Source: an uncultured Rhodospirillaceae bacterium
GTDB lineage: Bacteria > Pseudomonadota > Alphaproteobacteria > MPNO01 > UBA830
DNA length: 43,874 nt
Reading direction: 5' to 3'
Assembly (NCBI GenBank): GCA_964579285.1
Contig: CAZOHS010000006.1
Coordinates: 1-43,874, forward strand
In this document: piece after piece, positions 1 to 9,974 of the stretch
How the letters are laid out: every line of letters starts with the position of its first letter
Position numbering within the stretch: the first letter of the stretch is position 1
Notes under the pieces: model-generated
What the model was told of the DNA's origin: nothing
Databases searched by the model: none
Seen by the model: the letters and a program-made list of their open reading frames with translations, nothing else
Position numbers and translations under genes: made by a program

Positions 1-106
1 CTTTATTTTGAGCCAGGGCGATTTCGCCGACAGAAACAAGTGAAAACGTAATCGCAAGAGCAAACAAAGCCGAGCGCATGAAAGCGAAGGTCAAAGTATG
101 TAACAT
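1..106 (-). CDS. N-terminal fragment of a secreted/periplasmic protein (runs off window start)
   Basis: Manual translation from ATG at 106 gives MLHTLTFAFMRSALFALAITFSLVSVGEIALAQNK. The frame is open to the edge, with a hydrophobic core, an ALA-Q signal peptidase I-like site and GGGAG upstream. An alternative in-frame ATG is at 79. Confidence 0.55.
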   Translation of the reverse strand, partial: MLHTLTFAFMRSALFALAITFSLVSVGEIALAQNK

Positions 107-238
107 AACCGCAAGCCGCTCCCATATCGGATTTAAGTTATTATTTACAGTCAGTGGGAAGAACATTATCGCACGCAAAATGCAAGTCTAATTGGTACGG
201 GTCAAAATAAATTTTAGATCATTTTAAAATGTACAGTT

Positions 239-580
239 TTAAGCCGACAATTGGTCAAATGCCTCGAGCGCCTGAGCACCATACACTGTTGCCGGCCCTC
301 CCCCCATTTCTATCGCTACAGATGCCGTTTCGACTACCTCTGAGCGCGTAGCACCTTTTTTAATTGCCTCGCGGATATGGTAATTAATGCAGCCCTCACA
401 GCGGCTCGCAATGCCAATCGCTAGTGCCATCAACTCTTTAATCTTTGAATCAATAGCTCCCGACTTTTCGACGCTATCCATTAGACCTTGAAAAGCTCTC
501 ATTGTTTCAGGCGCTGCTTTGAAAAGTTTCGCTGCTCGACCGTCTACTTGTTTGGAAAATTCCCTGTGATCACTAACCAT
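239..580 (-). CDS. Carboxymuconolactone decarboxylase / AhpD-family protein
   Basis: 113 aa; KELMALAIGIASRCEGCINYH is the CMD/AhpD ExxxxxxxxxxCxxCxxxH pattern; C-terminal MGGGP is typical of this family. Confidence 0.88.
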   Translation of the reverse strand: MVSDHREFSKQVDGRAAKLFKAAPETMRAFQGLMDSVEKSGAIDSKIKELMALAIGIASRCEGCINYHIREAIKKGATRSEVVETASVAIEMGGGPATVYGAQALEAFDQLSA

Positions 581-613
581 TCTTTTTCTCCTATGAACGT
601 TTTAGCCCCTTCA

Positions 614-1447
614 CTAGCCCTCAATGTTATTTTGTCGGACATATCTCGTGTTAGTTCTGCGCTGCCTCATTACCTTGGAGAGTAATTTTGGGGACCATCG
701 CTTCAACCAAACATTTCGTCGAGCTATTCCCTCTGCAATCAATATCTCACGTTTTCCACTGTGAACCGCATCGATAATTCGGCTTGCACACTCTCCGGTA
801 GACATACCATTTTCGAGAAATGGGTCCATTTTGTCGTAAGGCGATCCGTCTCCCCTCAATGCGTTTAAAGAAATATTGGTTTGGACTGCGCCAGGTACCG
901 CTAACGTGACGTCAATCCCATCCGCATAGACTTCTTCACGCAGAGAATCAAAAAACCCATGTAAAGCATGTTTTGCCGCGTTGTAGCCCGAACGCATCGG
1001 AGATCCATATTTTCCTGCAACGCTTGTTACACAAACAATTTTACCAGCTTTACGTCGTATCATTGACGGAAGAAGAGCCTTAGTCATCATAAGAGGGCCA
1101 AAAAAGTTTACATCCATAATATTTCGGTAAACGGATAATTCCGCATCTATTACCCGCGCTCGTTGGGTTAAGCCCGCGTTATTTACCAGTACGTCGACAC
1201 GTCCAAATTTGTGGAGCACCGCTTCCGCTGCCTGGTCAATCTCTGCCAAATCGCATATATCGAGAGGCCGGACAAGAATTTCGCCAGGACCGTTGCAAGT
1301 CTTTGCAACCCGTTGCAATTCTTCAACCCGGCGGGCAGACAGTACGATATGAGCGCCTTCATTACAAAATTTTTGACATAAAGCTTCCCCAATACCTGAA
1401 GATGCACCGGTTATCCATATTACTGAATCGCGAAAACGCATCGACAC
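614..1447 (-). CDS. Short-chain dehydrogenase/reductase (DHRS7-like)
   Basis: WITGASSGIG Rossmann motif, NNAG, catalytic S...YNAAK. Confidence 0.9.
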   Translation of the reverse strand: MSMRFRDSVIWITGASSGIGEALCQKFCNEGAHIVLSARRVEELQRVAKTCNGPGEILVRPLDICDLAEIDQAAEAVLHKFGRVDVLVNNAGLTQRARVIDAELSVYRNIMDVNFFGPLMMTKALLPSMIRRKAGKIVCVTSVAGKYGSPMRSGYNAAKHALHGFFDSLREEVYADGIDVTLAVPGAVQTNISLNALRGDGSPYDKMDPFLENGMSTGECASRIIDAVHSGKREILIAEGIARRNVWLKRWSPKLLSKVMRQRRTNTRYVRQNNIEG

Positions 1448-1484
1448 CCCTCCCTAATGTGCGGTACTCCCTGCATACACGCCC

Positions 1485-2384
1485 ATGGTAAACAATCTTA
1501 AAACCTATTTCGCCCGCTTCCCGCCATCTGTGCAAGGCGCAATATGGATGACAACCAGCGCCGTATTTTTCTCGTTGCAAGCGGGAATTGTGCGTTACCT
1601 GGCAAAAGAAATTCATTTTATTGAAATTTCGTTCTTTCGCGCAATCTTTGGTGTAGCGATTATGTTGCCGTGGCTTGCGCGCGCCGGTTTGTCGGGTCTA
1701 CGAACGTCAAACACAAAGCTTTATTTGTGGCGTGGGTTCCTGGGTACGTTTGCCATGTTTGGTTACTTTGGTGGGCTGGCACTTATTCCACTTGCCGACG
1801 CAACCGCAATATCCTTTACTTTTCCCCTTTTTATCGCGCTTTTCGGCGTTCTTATCCTGAAAGAGCCCGCGCATCTTACTCGCTGGATTGCCCTTTTTAT
1901 CGGGTTCGCAGGAACGTTGATTGTAATTCGGCCAGGCTTTCAGGAATTCAATATAGGTACAGTTATGGTAGTCGGCGCCGGCGTCCTAGTCGCAACTTCA
2001 GCAATCATTTTAAAAATTACTTTGCGGAAAGACAGACCGGACCAAGCAGCGCTTTATCAGGCGCTGTATATGCTCCCTTTTTCATTTATCGCAGTGCTGT
2101 TTGTTTGGGAGTGGCCAACATGGGAACAATGGTTTTGGGGTTTTATGCTCGGAGCTTTATCGACGACAGCCCAAAGACTTTATTCGAGAGCGTTTACCAC
2201 CGGAGATGTGGGTTCAGTCGCACCGTTTGATTTTACAAGACTTCCGTTCGTGATAGCGATCGGTTTTGTCATCTTTTCGGAACTCCCAGACCTTTGGACG
2301 ATCGTGGGTGCCACTATAATTTTTAGTGCCTCGATATATGCAGGACGCACAGAAACAACACGCCGCCAACCATCAAAATTATGA
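1485..2384 (+). CDS. EamA/DMT family transporter (paralog 1)
   Basis: 299 aa with about 10 hydrophobic segments; PLADATAISFTFPLF...LKE...RW and GTLIVIRPGF patterns. Confidence 0.9.
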   Translation: MVNNLKTYFARFPPSVQGAIWMTTSAVFFSLQAGIVRYLAKEIHFIEISFFRAIFGVAIMLPWLARAGLSGLRTSNTKLYLWRGFLGTFAMFGYFGGLALIPLADATAISFTFPLFIALFGVLILKEPAHLTRWIALFIGFAGTLIVIRPGFQEFNIGTVMVVGAGVLVATSAIILKITLRKDRPDQAALYQALYMLPFSFIAVLFVWEWPTWEQWFWGFMLGALSTTAQRLYSRAFTTGDVGSVAPFDFTRLPFVIAIGFVIFSELPDLWTIVGATIIFSASIYAGRTETTRRQPSKL

Positions 2385-3301
2385 CCCCTACTGACGTTAG
2401 ACAATGGTTCAGTGCGTTGCCGGGTCCAATGAGGGGTGCAGTCTGGTTGATAGCCAGCGCCTTTTGTCTAACGGCCATGGCTGCCGCTATTCGGCATCTT
2501 TCGTCGGACGTCCATACGTTTGTTATCGCGTTTTTCCGTACGGGGCTTGGTTTTATTTTTATGTTACCCTGGTTAATTAGTACAAGAGGTGCCGGCCTTA
2601 AGACCCGTAAACTTCCTTATTTTGCGGGTCGCGCAATAGTCACGAGCATCGCTACGGTCGGCTATTTCTATGCCTTGTCTCAAATTCCACTCGCTGATGC
2701 TGTTGCTATCATGTTTACCCGCCCGCTTTATGGTTCAATTTTCGCAATCGTTTTTTTGGGTGAATTTGTCGGCCTGCGCCGATGGACAGCAATAGCTATC
2801 GGGTTTATCGGCGTACTTGTGATGGTACGCCCAGGTTTCGAGGTTTTCAATGTCGGGTTGGCATCGGTTTTCATTGCTTCAATAGCGGGCGCTGCATCTG
2901 CTATTTTTATTCGCTATCTCTCGCGCACAGAAGCTCCCGATACCATCACAATGTACTACGTAATCTTCACGACCCCGGTGATGATGCTCTTAGCGTTATT
3001 CGTCTGGGAAACACCAACATGGTTGGAACTTTGTTGGCTGAGTTTTATGGGTCTGACCGGAACCTTGGGGCAGAGGGCAATGAGCCGCGGCTTTGCGGCG
3101 GCCGATGCCTCTATCATGCTTCCGATGGACTTTACCCGCTTGCTCGTTGCGGCACTATTCGGTTTTGTGCTGTTTTCAGAAATACCATCGGTCTATACCG
3201 CCGTAGGTGGTTTCCTAATTTTTGCGTCGACCGTCTACATTGCACGCAGAGAAGCCAGATTGTCCAGACAAGCTATTAGTGCATCTTCAGTGCAGGATTA
3301 A
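2381..3301 (+). CDS. EamA/DMT family transporter (paralog 2)
   Basis: 306 aa; PLADAVAIMFTRPL...LGE.VG.RRW; ATGA overlap with the upstream stop. Confidence 0.9.
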   Translation: MTPTDVRQWFSALPGPMRGAVWLIASAFCLTAMAAAIRHLSSDVHTFVIAFFRTGLGFIFMLPWLISTRGAGLKTRKLPYFAGRAIVTSIATVGYFYALSQIPLADAVAIMFTRPLYGSIFAIVFLGEFVGLRRWTAIAIGFIGVLVMVRPGFEVFNVGLASVFIASIAGAASAIFIRYLSRTEAPDTITMYYVIFTTPVMMLLALFVWETPTWLELCWLSFMGLTGTLGQRAMSRGFAAADASIMLPMDFTRLLVAALFGFVLFSEIPSVYTAVGGFLIFASTVYIARREARLSRQAISASSVQD

Positions 3302-3311
3302 ATCGACAAGA

Positions 3312-4190
3312 ATGCAGAAAAATTGGTCGATCGAGGCACTTCCGGGACCGCTTAAATCAGGGATCTGGATGTGTATTTCCGCCGTCACGTACGTTGTATC
3401 GATTGCAATCGGGCGATACCTTGCGCCGGATATCGACGTCTTTCAGATAGCATTTTTGCGAAATGCGTTCGCGATGTTGTTCATGTTGCCGTGGCTAATA
3501 AAGATGGGTATGGGAGCGCTACGAACCAGACAATTTCCGCGACATCTACTTCGCGGATTTTTGTCTTCAGCAAACGTTACCCTCTTGTTCGCAGCAGTCG
3601 CCCTTATTCCTATAGCAGACATGTCTGCAATCAACTTTCTTCAACCCGTCCTCGGTGCTGCGATAGCGGGCCTGGTCCTTGGTGAAGTTATCGGGCGAAA
3701 CCGTTGGTTGGCTATAGGTATGGGTTTTATTGGTGCTCTCATCGTCATTCGGCCGGGCTTTGCCGAATTTAATTTAGGGACCGCGTTTGCACTTGGTTCG
3801 GCCCTCACTGGGGCCTTAGTATCCATCCTCATAAAAACCCTGGTCCGCAGAGACTCACCAGACACGATCGCCGCATGGTTATTTATCACGCAGACTGGCA
3901 TCCTTCTGATACCCACAATTTATGTATGGCAAACTCCAAACGCGCAGGAGTGGGGTCTTTTTATTTTAATTGGATTTATGAGCTTAATTCTGCAACGAAC
4001 CTATAACAGGGGTATACAAGCAGCTGACATCTCGATTGCGATGCCTTTTAATTTCACCCGTTTGATTTGGGCAGCGCTGCTCGGATGGATCGTGTTTGCC
4101 GAATTCCCCGATATTTGGACCTGGGTTGGAGGAATGATAATCTTTGCGGCTTCAATATGGCTAACGCGTCAAGGACAAAAGCGGCCATGA
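3312..4190 (+). CDS. EamA/DMT family transporter (paralog 3)
   Basis: Start moved to ATG 3312 (MQKNW), 10 nt after the previous stop and matching paralog length; PIADMSAINFLQP...LGE..GRNRW. Confidence 0.88.
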   Translation: MQKNWSIEALPGPLKSGIWMCISAVTYVVSIAIGRYLAPDIDVFQIAFLRNAFAMLFMLPWLIKMGMGALRTRQFPRHLLRGFLSSANVTLLFAAVALIPIADMSAINFLQPVLGAAIAGLVLGEVIGRNRWLAIGMGFIGALIVIRPGFAEFNLGTAFALGSALTGALVSILIKTLVRRDSPDTIAAWLFITQTGILLIPTIYVWQTPNAQEWGLFILIGFMSLILQRTYNRGIQAADISIAMPFNFTRLIWAALLGWIVFAEFPDIWTWVGGMIIFAASIWLTRQGQKRP

Positions 4191-5077
4191 ACAAGATTCT
4201 AGTGTGGTTTCGGTCGTTGCCGCCCAATCTGCGGGGCGCAATCTTTATTGTCCTGGGGACCGTGTTCTTCGTATTGACCGATATTACGGTAAAGTTTGCA
4301 GGTCAGAATATTCACCCAGCGCAAATGGCGATTTTTCGCTACGTCGTCGGATTTATTTTATTGGCCCCATTATTTATCCGGACAGGGCCCGTAAAACTCA
4401 AAACGAAAAGGCTCAAGCTACATCTGTTTCGTGCCATTATAGCGTCAATCGGCCAGGCAGGGATTTTCTACGCGGTAATACACCTAAACCTTGCCGATGC
4501 CACAGCGATGACATTTACGCGACCACTTTTTCTAACAATTCTCGCTATCTTTGTACTAAAGGAATTCGTGGAATTGCAGAGATGGGGTGCCACTATTGTC
4601 GGATTTTTAGGCGTCATAATTATGATGCGCCCGTTCGGGGGCGAAATTGATATTGCCTGGTTTGTCGCGTTGTTTACCGCGTTTCTATTTGCCTGGGGCT
4701 TGATTATTATACGTGTTCTTGGACGAGATGATCCGCCCGGGACGATCCTTTTTTGGTATCATATTTTTGGTGCAATAATTTTTGCTGGTCCTGCCGCTTA
4801 TGTCTGGGTGCACCCAACACCAGAAGAATGGCTGCAACTTTTCTTAATTGCGGCATTTACCGCAATCGGCATGAACTTTTTTGTTCGTGGTTTTTCAGTG
4901 GGAGAATCGAGTTTGATGGGGACGATGGAATATATCCGCCTCGTCTTCGCTGCGGCCGCCGGATATTTGATTTTTACCGAAATTCCTGACATTTGGACGG
5001 GAATAGGCGCAATAGTCATTGTTTCAGCGACGCTTTACATAACACGCCACGAGGCCCGAAAAAAAACGGCTAGCTAA
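4187..5077 (+). CDS. EamA/DMT family transporter (paralog 4)
   Basis: Start moved to ATG 4187 (MNKIL), an ATGA overlap with the upstream stop; [14 protein letters not shown]...LKE.V..QRW. Confidence 0.88.
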   Translation: MNKILVWFRSLPPNLRGAIFIVLGTVFFVLTDITVKFAGQNIHPAQMAIFRYVVGFILLAPLFIRTGPVKLKTKRLKLHLFRAIIASIGQAGIFYAVIHLNLADATAMTFTRPLFLTILAIFVLKEFVELQRWGATIVGFLGVIIMMRPFGGEIDIAWFVALFTAFLFAWGLIIIRVLGRDDPPGTILFWYHIFGAIIFAGPAAYVWVHPTPEEWLQLFLIAAFTAIGMNFFVRGFSVGESSLMGTMEYIRLVFAAAAGYLIFTEIPDIWTGIGAIVIVSATLYITRHEARKKTAS

Positions 5078-5375
5078 GCGCCCTTCGACCAGCAATAGAG
5101 TCTATAAATTTAGCGAGCAATACATCTTTCTCCGTTATGCCCCCAGCGTCATGTGTCGTCAGCAAAATATCCACCCGGCTATATACGTTTGACCACTCAG
5201 GATGATGATCAATCTGATCCGCCTTCAAAGCAACGCGGGTCATGAAGCCAAAAGCTTCATTAAAATTACGGAAACCATATGCCTTTCGAATAGCATCCCG
5301 GTCCCGCACTTTTTTCCAGTTTTTTAAGGAGGCCAAGGCCTTAGTCCGAGCCCGACCTCGCAATTTCTCAGTCAT
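5070..5375 (-). CDS. phhB: Pterin-4-alpha-carbinolamine dehydratase (PCD/PhhB family)
   Basis: [13 protein letters not shown]...DHHPEW.NVY..V...LTTHD.GG is the PCD signature. Confidence 0.92.
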   Translation of the reverse strand: MTEKLRGRARTKALASLKNWKKVRDRDAIRKAYGFRNFNEAFGFMTRVALKADQIDHHPEWSNVYSRVDILLTTHDAGGITEKDVLLAKFIDSIAGRRALS

Positions 5376-5509
5376 TAAATGTCTCCTATAACAACAAAAG
5401 ACTCTACAGGGGGAGTGAACAGGTCAAGAAGCATTTATACCAACCGTTGACTTTAAAAATCGGCGACAAGTTACCCCGCCACGTCCCTCGCAAACCTATG
5501 ATATTTTTT

Positions 5510-6382
5510 TTAATCCCTATTTTGGCGGCCCTCCCGAGCGACCGTATAATAGGCACTCGCCGCAATGATTAAAGCTCCGGGCCAAACCCACACAGATGGC
5601 ACCTGTGATAAAACAAGAAATGCAAGCCCCGCAGCAAATGGCATTTGCAGATAATGCGCGGGCAAAACAACGCTGGTATCGGCGATTCGAAACGATCGGC
5701 CCATACAATATTGGGACAGCATTGTCAGTAACCCCAGAAAAATTAAAAGAGGAAGTGTGTCTAATGCAGGGGTTGTCCAGTGGTAAATAGCGGGAACCGC
5801 AGACAACGGGACGACTAAAGCGTACAGCCAGAACGCTACCGCATCAGGATGGTCAGTGTCGGTCAAAGCTTTAGTACCCACATTTGCAATTCCGTAACCA
5901 AATGCCGCCAATAGGCCCGCAAAACTAGCAAGTGTAAGTTCAGTGTAACCCGGCCGAATAATCAATAAGGCCCCAGCGCCTGCGACCAAGAGTGCTGCCC
6001 AACGGTGGATACCCACGCGTTCCCTTAAAAAAACAGCAGCAAAAAGTACAGTGAAAAGAGGAGAGGCCATTATGAGCGCTGTAATATCTGCTACGGCCAC
6101 ATTGGCAACTCCATAAATTGTGAATAGCATCGCAGCGTAGGCCGCCAATGAACGCACAAAATAAATGTTCCAACGTGTTACAAAAATCGTACGTGGCCGC
6201 GTCATAAGTATCCACGGCCCAAGAAAAGCGCACCCGATTACACACCGCAGGAACGTAACCACGTATATGTTCATATCATGGGTAAGGAGGCCCATGACCA
6301 CATAGCTGGTTGCATAGCAAAATGCGGTTCCGGTCATCCACAAAAGACCGATGAATTGGGGGGAAATTTTTTGCCTGCTCAT
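5510..6382 (-). CDS. EamA/DMT family transporter (paralog 5)
   Basis: 290 aa hydrophobic; ADITAL...SPLF...LRERVG.HRW; IIRPG; ATGA overlap with the upstream gene. Confidence 0.88.
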   Translation of the reverse strand: MSRQKISPQFIGLLWMTGTAFCYATSYVVMGLLTHDMNIYVVTFLRCVIGCAFLGPWILMTRPRTIFVTRWNIYFVRSLAAYAAMLFTIYGVANVAVADITALIMASPLFTVLFAAVFLRERVGIHRWAALLVAGAGALLIIRPGYTELTLASFAGLLAAFGYGIANVGTKALTDTDHPDAVAFWLYALVVPLSAVPAIYHWTTPALDTLPLLIFLGLLTMLSQYCMGRSFRIADTSVVLPAHYLQMPFAAGLAFLVLSQVPSVWVWPGALIIAASAYYTVAREGRQNRD

Positions 6383-7290
6383 TGATCAACCAGAGTGGTG
6401 TTCTCACGCATTTTCCGTTTACGCGTCTCAATCCACAGCGAATAGTAGCTACCGCTGATTATTAGTACGGCACCTGGCAGTATCCAAATTTCTGGGATTT
6501 GGTCGAATAATAGAAACCCCAGCCCAGCGGCGACGGGCAATTGTAAATAGAAACTAGGCATCACGACTATGGCCTCTGCTAGAGCAAGCGCTCGGGTCAT
6601 GAAGATCTGCGAGTAGAGAGAAAGCAGAGCGAAGACAGCAATGAGAGCCCACTCTGAAAACGAGGGGGATTTCCAATGGTAAATTCCTGGTCCAAGCGAT
6701 AGTGGCAAGTTCAAAGCAAAAAGAAAAAATACAACAAGCGTCGGGTCGTCCCTATAGGTAAGCACGCGAGTAATAGCTGTCACTGCACCGTATGCAACTG
6801 CAGTATACAACATACATATTGTCGCTAAACCAACCTCGGTGAAACCTGGGCGTATTATAACAAATGCCCCAGCCATCCCCAATAGTAATGCGAGCAAGCG
6901 GGGTCCAGACAGTTGCTCTCGCATCCAAAAGGCAAGTATCAAAGCTGCAAATAAGGGCATAAGAAATGACAATGCGGTAGCATCCGCGAGCGCCATTTTT
7001 GCCAAAGCATAAAACCAGCACAGGTTTCCGCTATAAACAGTAACGGCTCTCAAGCCATAAAGTTTCCATTGTCCGGTGCGCAATACGAAAAGCCCTGACC
7101 GAAATAGCCAGGGCATCATAACGGCAGTGCCAATGGCAGCACGAAACATCACAAGCTGATATACGGAAAAGGTCTCGGACAGTTCGCGCACACTCGCAAA
7201 GGTCATAGCATAAGAGAGCGCAGACATGGTCATTAGCAGCATAGCCCGCGATGGGGCCGGTAACGCTAAATACGCAGAGATTAACTTCAT
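6379..7290 (-). CDS. EamA/DMT family transporter (paralog 6)
   Basis: 303 aa hydrophobic; LADATALSFLMPLF...MRE; IIRPGF; ATGA overlap with the UDG gene. Confidence 0.88.
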   Translation of the reverse strand: MKLISAYLALPAPSRAMLLMTMSALSYAMTFASVRELSETFSVYQLVMFRAAIGTAVMMPWLFRSGLFVLRTGQWKLYGLRAVTVYSGNLCWFYALAKMALADATALSFLMPLFAALILAFWMREQLSGPRLLALLLGMAGAFVIIRPGFTEVGLATICMLYTAVAYGAVTAITRVLTYRDDPTLVVFFLFALNLPLSLGPGIYHWKSPSFSEWALIAVFALLSLYSQIFMTRALALAEAIVVMPSFYLQLPVAAGLGFLLFDQIPEIWILPGAVLIISGSYYSLWIETRKRKMRENTTLVDQ

Positions 7291-7874
7291 CGCAATAAAT
7301 CGTGCACTCGGGTTCGAAGGTCAGGCAAGACTTCCTCGTCAAACCACATGTTGTTTTTCTGCCAACTTCTAGTGCGCCAACTTGGATGAGGGATTGGACA
7401 GAATTTTGGAAGATATTCCTGCCAAGCACGAACAGTTTCTGTCAGTGATTTTTTCCGTTTATCCCTAAGATAATAGGCTTGGGCATATGATCCAACGAGC
7501 AACGTGAATTCAATTTTGTTTAATACATCAAAAATAGTGGCGTGCCAGAGCGGTGCACATTCCTCTGGAGGCGGGTAATCTGCGCCGTTTTCCATCGTGC
7601 CCGGATAACAAAAGCCCATTGGAATAATCGCTATAAGGTTTTCGTTATAAAATGTTTCTTCGTCCACCTGCAGCCATTTGCGCAACCGCTTTCCGCTTTG
7701 ATCAGACCAAGGCACTCCACTCTTATGCACTTTGATACCGGGTGCTTGTCCAATGATACATATCCGAGCACCTGTTCCTCCCCGGACAATCGGTCGTGGA
7801 CCCATGGGTAAGGTGCTATCACAATAAGTACAATCCCGTACTTCTTTAAACAGTTCCTGGATCGCCTGAGACAT
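7287..7874 (-). CDS. Uracil-DNA glycosylase superfamily protein
   Basis: N-terminal CxxC, IIGQAPG motif A, GFCYPG, and HPS motif B. Confidence 0.85.
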   Translation of the reverse strand: MSQAIQELFKEVRDCTYCDSTLPMGPRPIVRGGTGARICIIGQAPGIKVHKSGVPWSDQSGKRLRKWLQVDEETFYNENLIAIIPMGFCYPGTMENGADYPPPEECAPLWHATIFDVLNKIEFTLLVGSYAQAYYLRDKRKKSLTETVRAWQEYLPKFCPIPHPSWRTRSWQKNNMWFDEEVLPDLRTRVHDLLR

Positions 7875-7932
7875 GACACCTTCTAGGTAAACTATAAGTA
7901 CTATACGCTAGAGAAAAACAGCGAGGCCATGC

Positions 7933-8409
7933 ATGTTCTGTGTATTATTTGTTTGTACAGGCAATATCTGCCGGTCACCGACTGCCGAAGGTGTTTTGCG
8001 AAAGCTCGCTAATGAACGTGGCTTAACTGAACACATTAAAATAGACTCTGCGGGTATTGGTACTTGGCACGTCGGTGACCCACCGGATCTACGCTCCACT
8101 GAAACCGCGAAACAGCATGGCGTAGACATCAGTGGACAAAGGGCGCGCGCAATAGAACTAATTGATTTTGAAGCTTTTGATTTAATACTTGCGATGGATA
8201 ATAGTCATTTCCAAGACTTGAAACAGCGCTGTCCTGAACCCCTGCTCGAACGCCTTGGTATGTTTATGAGCTACGCGACAGGGACTAAAATAACGGAAGT
8301 TCCAGATCCCTATTATGGTCAACAGGATGGTTTTGAGCGTGTGTTTAATATGATAGAAGATGCCGGCAAAGGACTATTGACCAAACTCCAAGATAAGCTC
8401 GCACAATAA
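7933..8409 (+). CDS. Low molecular weight protein-tyrosine phosphatase
   Basis: FVCTGNICRSPTAE P-loop, DSAG, LILAMD, and VPDPYY general-acid loop. Confidence 0.95.
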   Translation: MFCVLFVCTGNICRSPTAEGVLRKLANERGLTEHIKIDSAGIGTWHVGDPPDLRSTETAKQHGVDISGQRARAIELIDFEAFDLILAMDNSHFQDLKQRCPEPLLERLGMFMSYATGTKITEVPDPYYGQQDGFERVFNMIEDAGKGLLTKLQDKLAQ

Positions 8410-8419
8410 CAGCCCAATT

Positions 8420-9799
8420 TTATGTATAACGCCTCTCTAGCATTTCAAAAACGGCACGGAGCGATTGAGCCTCGCCGCCGATAGGACGTCCGGGCCTTGC
8501 TCTTGTGTTCCATGCCATAATATCAAAATGAGCCCAAGGTGTTCCATCGGACACGAACTCTTGAAGATAAAGGGCGGCGGTTATTGCTCCCCCAAAACCC
8601 CCTTCAGAAACGTTATTGATGTCAGCCACCTCACTTTTCAGCAATCCACGGTATGGGTTCCATAGAGGTAGACGCCAAACCGCATCGTCGACATCCGCCC
8701 CAGCAGTCTCAAGTTCTACCGCAAGTTCGTCCGTATTAGTGAACATGGCGGGAAGATCGGTCCCCAACGCTACCCGCGCCGCTCCCGTGAGTGTCGCAAA
8801 GTCAATTATCAGGTCAGGTTTTTCGAAATCGGCCGCTGCTATTGCATCACACATCACCAGGCGGCCCTCTGCATCAGTATTTCCGACCTCTACTGTAATC
8901 CCCTTTCGCGTTTTGATGACATCCGACGGACGGTATGCGTTCCCCGAAACATTATTTTCAACTGCGGGCACTAACACACGTAAACGCACCGGAAGTCGGA
9001 GTTCCATAATAAGGCTCGCAAGTGCCAAGGCGTGGGCAGCACCCCCCATATCTTTCTTCATCCGCAACATGCCGGCCGCAGGTTTTAGGTCAAGACCTCC
9101 TGTATCAAAACAAACACCTTTTCCAACAATCGACACTTTTGGGTGATGATCTTTACCCCAGCGTAGATCTATTAGTCTGGGTGGGTCGTCACTTGCCCGA
9201 CCCACCGCGTGAATAGTTGGATAGTTTTGTTTTAAGAGATTGTTTCCTGTAATTACACGAACATCAGCTTTAAATTTTTTACCGAGCCTTCGAGTGGCCG
9301 CCGCTAATTCGGCAGGCCCCATATCGTCTGCGGGCGTATTGATGAGATCGCGAACCAAAGTGACCGCATCATACATTGCTTTAACACGGCCTTTCTCTGC
9401 ATTTTCCGGCCACACTAAAGTGGGCACCTTTTGAGGTTTTGCTGATTTATATTTTGCAAACTGATAACACCCGAGCGCCCAACCAATAGCCATATTTGTG
9501 GCCTTTTCGCCCGCCATACGTGCGTCTATACTAAAAGACCCAATTGGTAAGGCTTTAGGTAACCCGGCGTAATCCCATAGCCCGTCATGGTTTTTAACCC
9601 CAAAAATAACACGCGTTAACGTTCCAGACGCATCAGGGATAAGGCTAATTTCGCCCGGTTTGGCCGAAAAACCCGAAGATTTTAACCAATTTTTTATTTC
9701 TTTGGGTTCGTTTTTTAACCACGCTGCAAAAACCGCTTTTTCAACCGGTGTAATCGGTATTGTTTTAGCGTCCGCCTTATTTCGAAACTTAAATGTCAC
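8420..9799 (-). CDS. M17 leucyl aminopeptidase (PepB-like)
   Basis: GKGVCFDTGGL, MKKDMGGAA, NTDAEGRL and ATLTGA motifs. Confidence 0.95.
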   Translation of the reverse strand: MTFKFRNKADAKTIPITPVEKAVFAAWLKNEPKEIKNWLKSSGFSAKPGEISLIPDASGTLTRVIFGVKNHDGLWDYAGLPKALPIGSFSIDARMAGEKATNMAIGWALGCYQFAKYKSAKPQKVPTLVWPENAEKGRVKAMYDAVTLVRDLINTPADDMGPAELAAATRRLGKKFKADVRVITGNNLLKQNYPTIHAVGRASDDPPRLIDLRWGKDHHPKVSIVGKGVCFDTGGLDLKPAAGMLRMKKDMGGAAHALALASLIMELRLPVRLRVLVPAVENNVSGNAYRPSDVIKTRKGITVEVGNTDAEGRLVMCDAIAAADFEKPDLIIDFATLTGAARVALGTDLPAMFTNTDELAVELETAGADVDDAVWRLPLWNPYRGLLKSEVADINNVSEGGFGGAITAALYLQEFVSDGTPWAHFDIMAWNTRARPGRPIGGEAQSLRAVFEMLERRYT

Positions 9800-9974
9800 T
9801 TAATATTCTCCCTCACACGTCACTATAGCGCACATATGACAAGGCGTCAGTCCTTGGAGGATAGGATTTTAAGACTGAAGAGCCACGTTCAAAGGTTTTG
9901 TGTACGGTGCAAACTAATGATAATGACTAAAAACCGCAGTCCCTAAGTCTATTATGAAATAAAGGAAAAATTGC

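Noticed and set aside
1670-4650. Alternative-frame ORFs of 148-186 aa inside the DMT genes
   Set aside because: Off-frame by-products of hydrophobic codon usage that recur in each paralog; Arg/Ser/Cys-rich and without motifs.
7933-8409. LMW-PTP as an arsenate reductase partner for the AqpS-like channel
   Set aside because: The CTGNICRS and DPYY motifs are phosphatase-type, and the gene is 16 kb from the channel.
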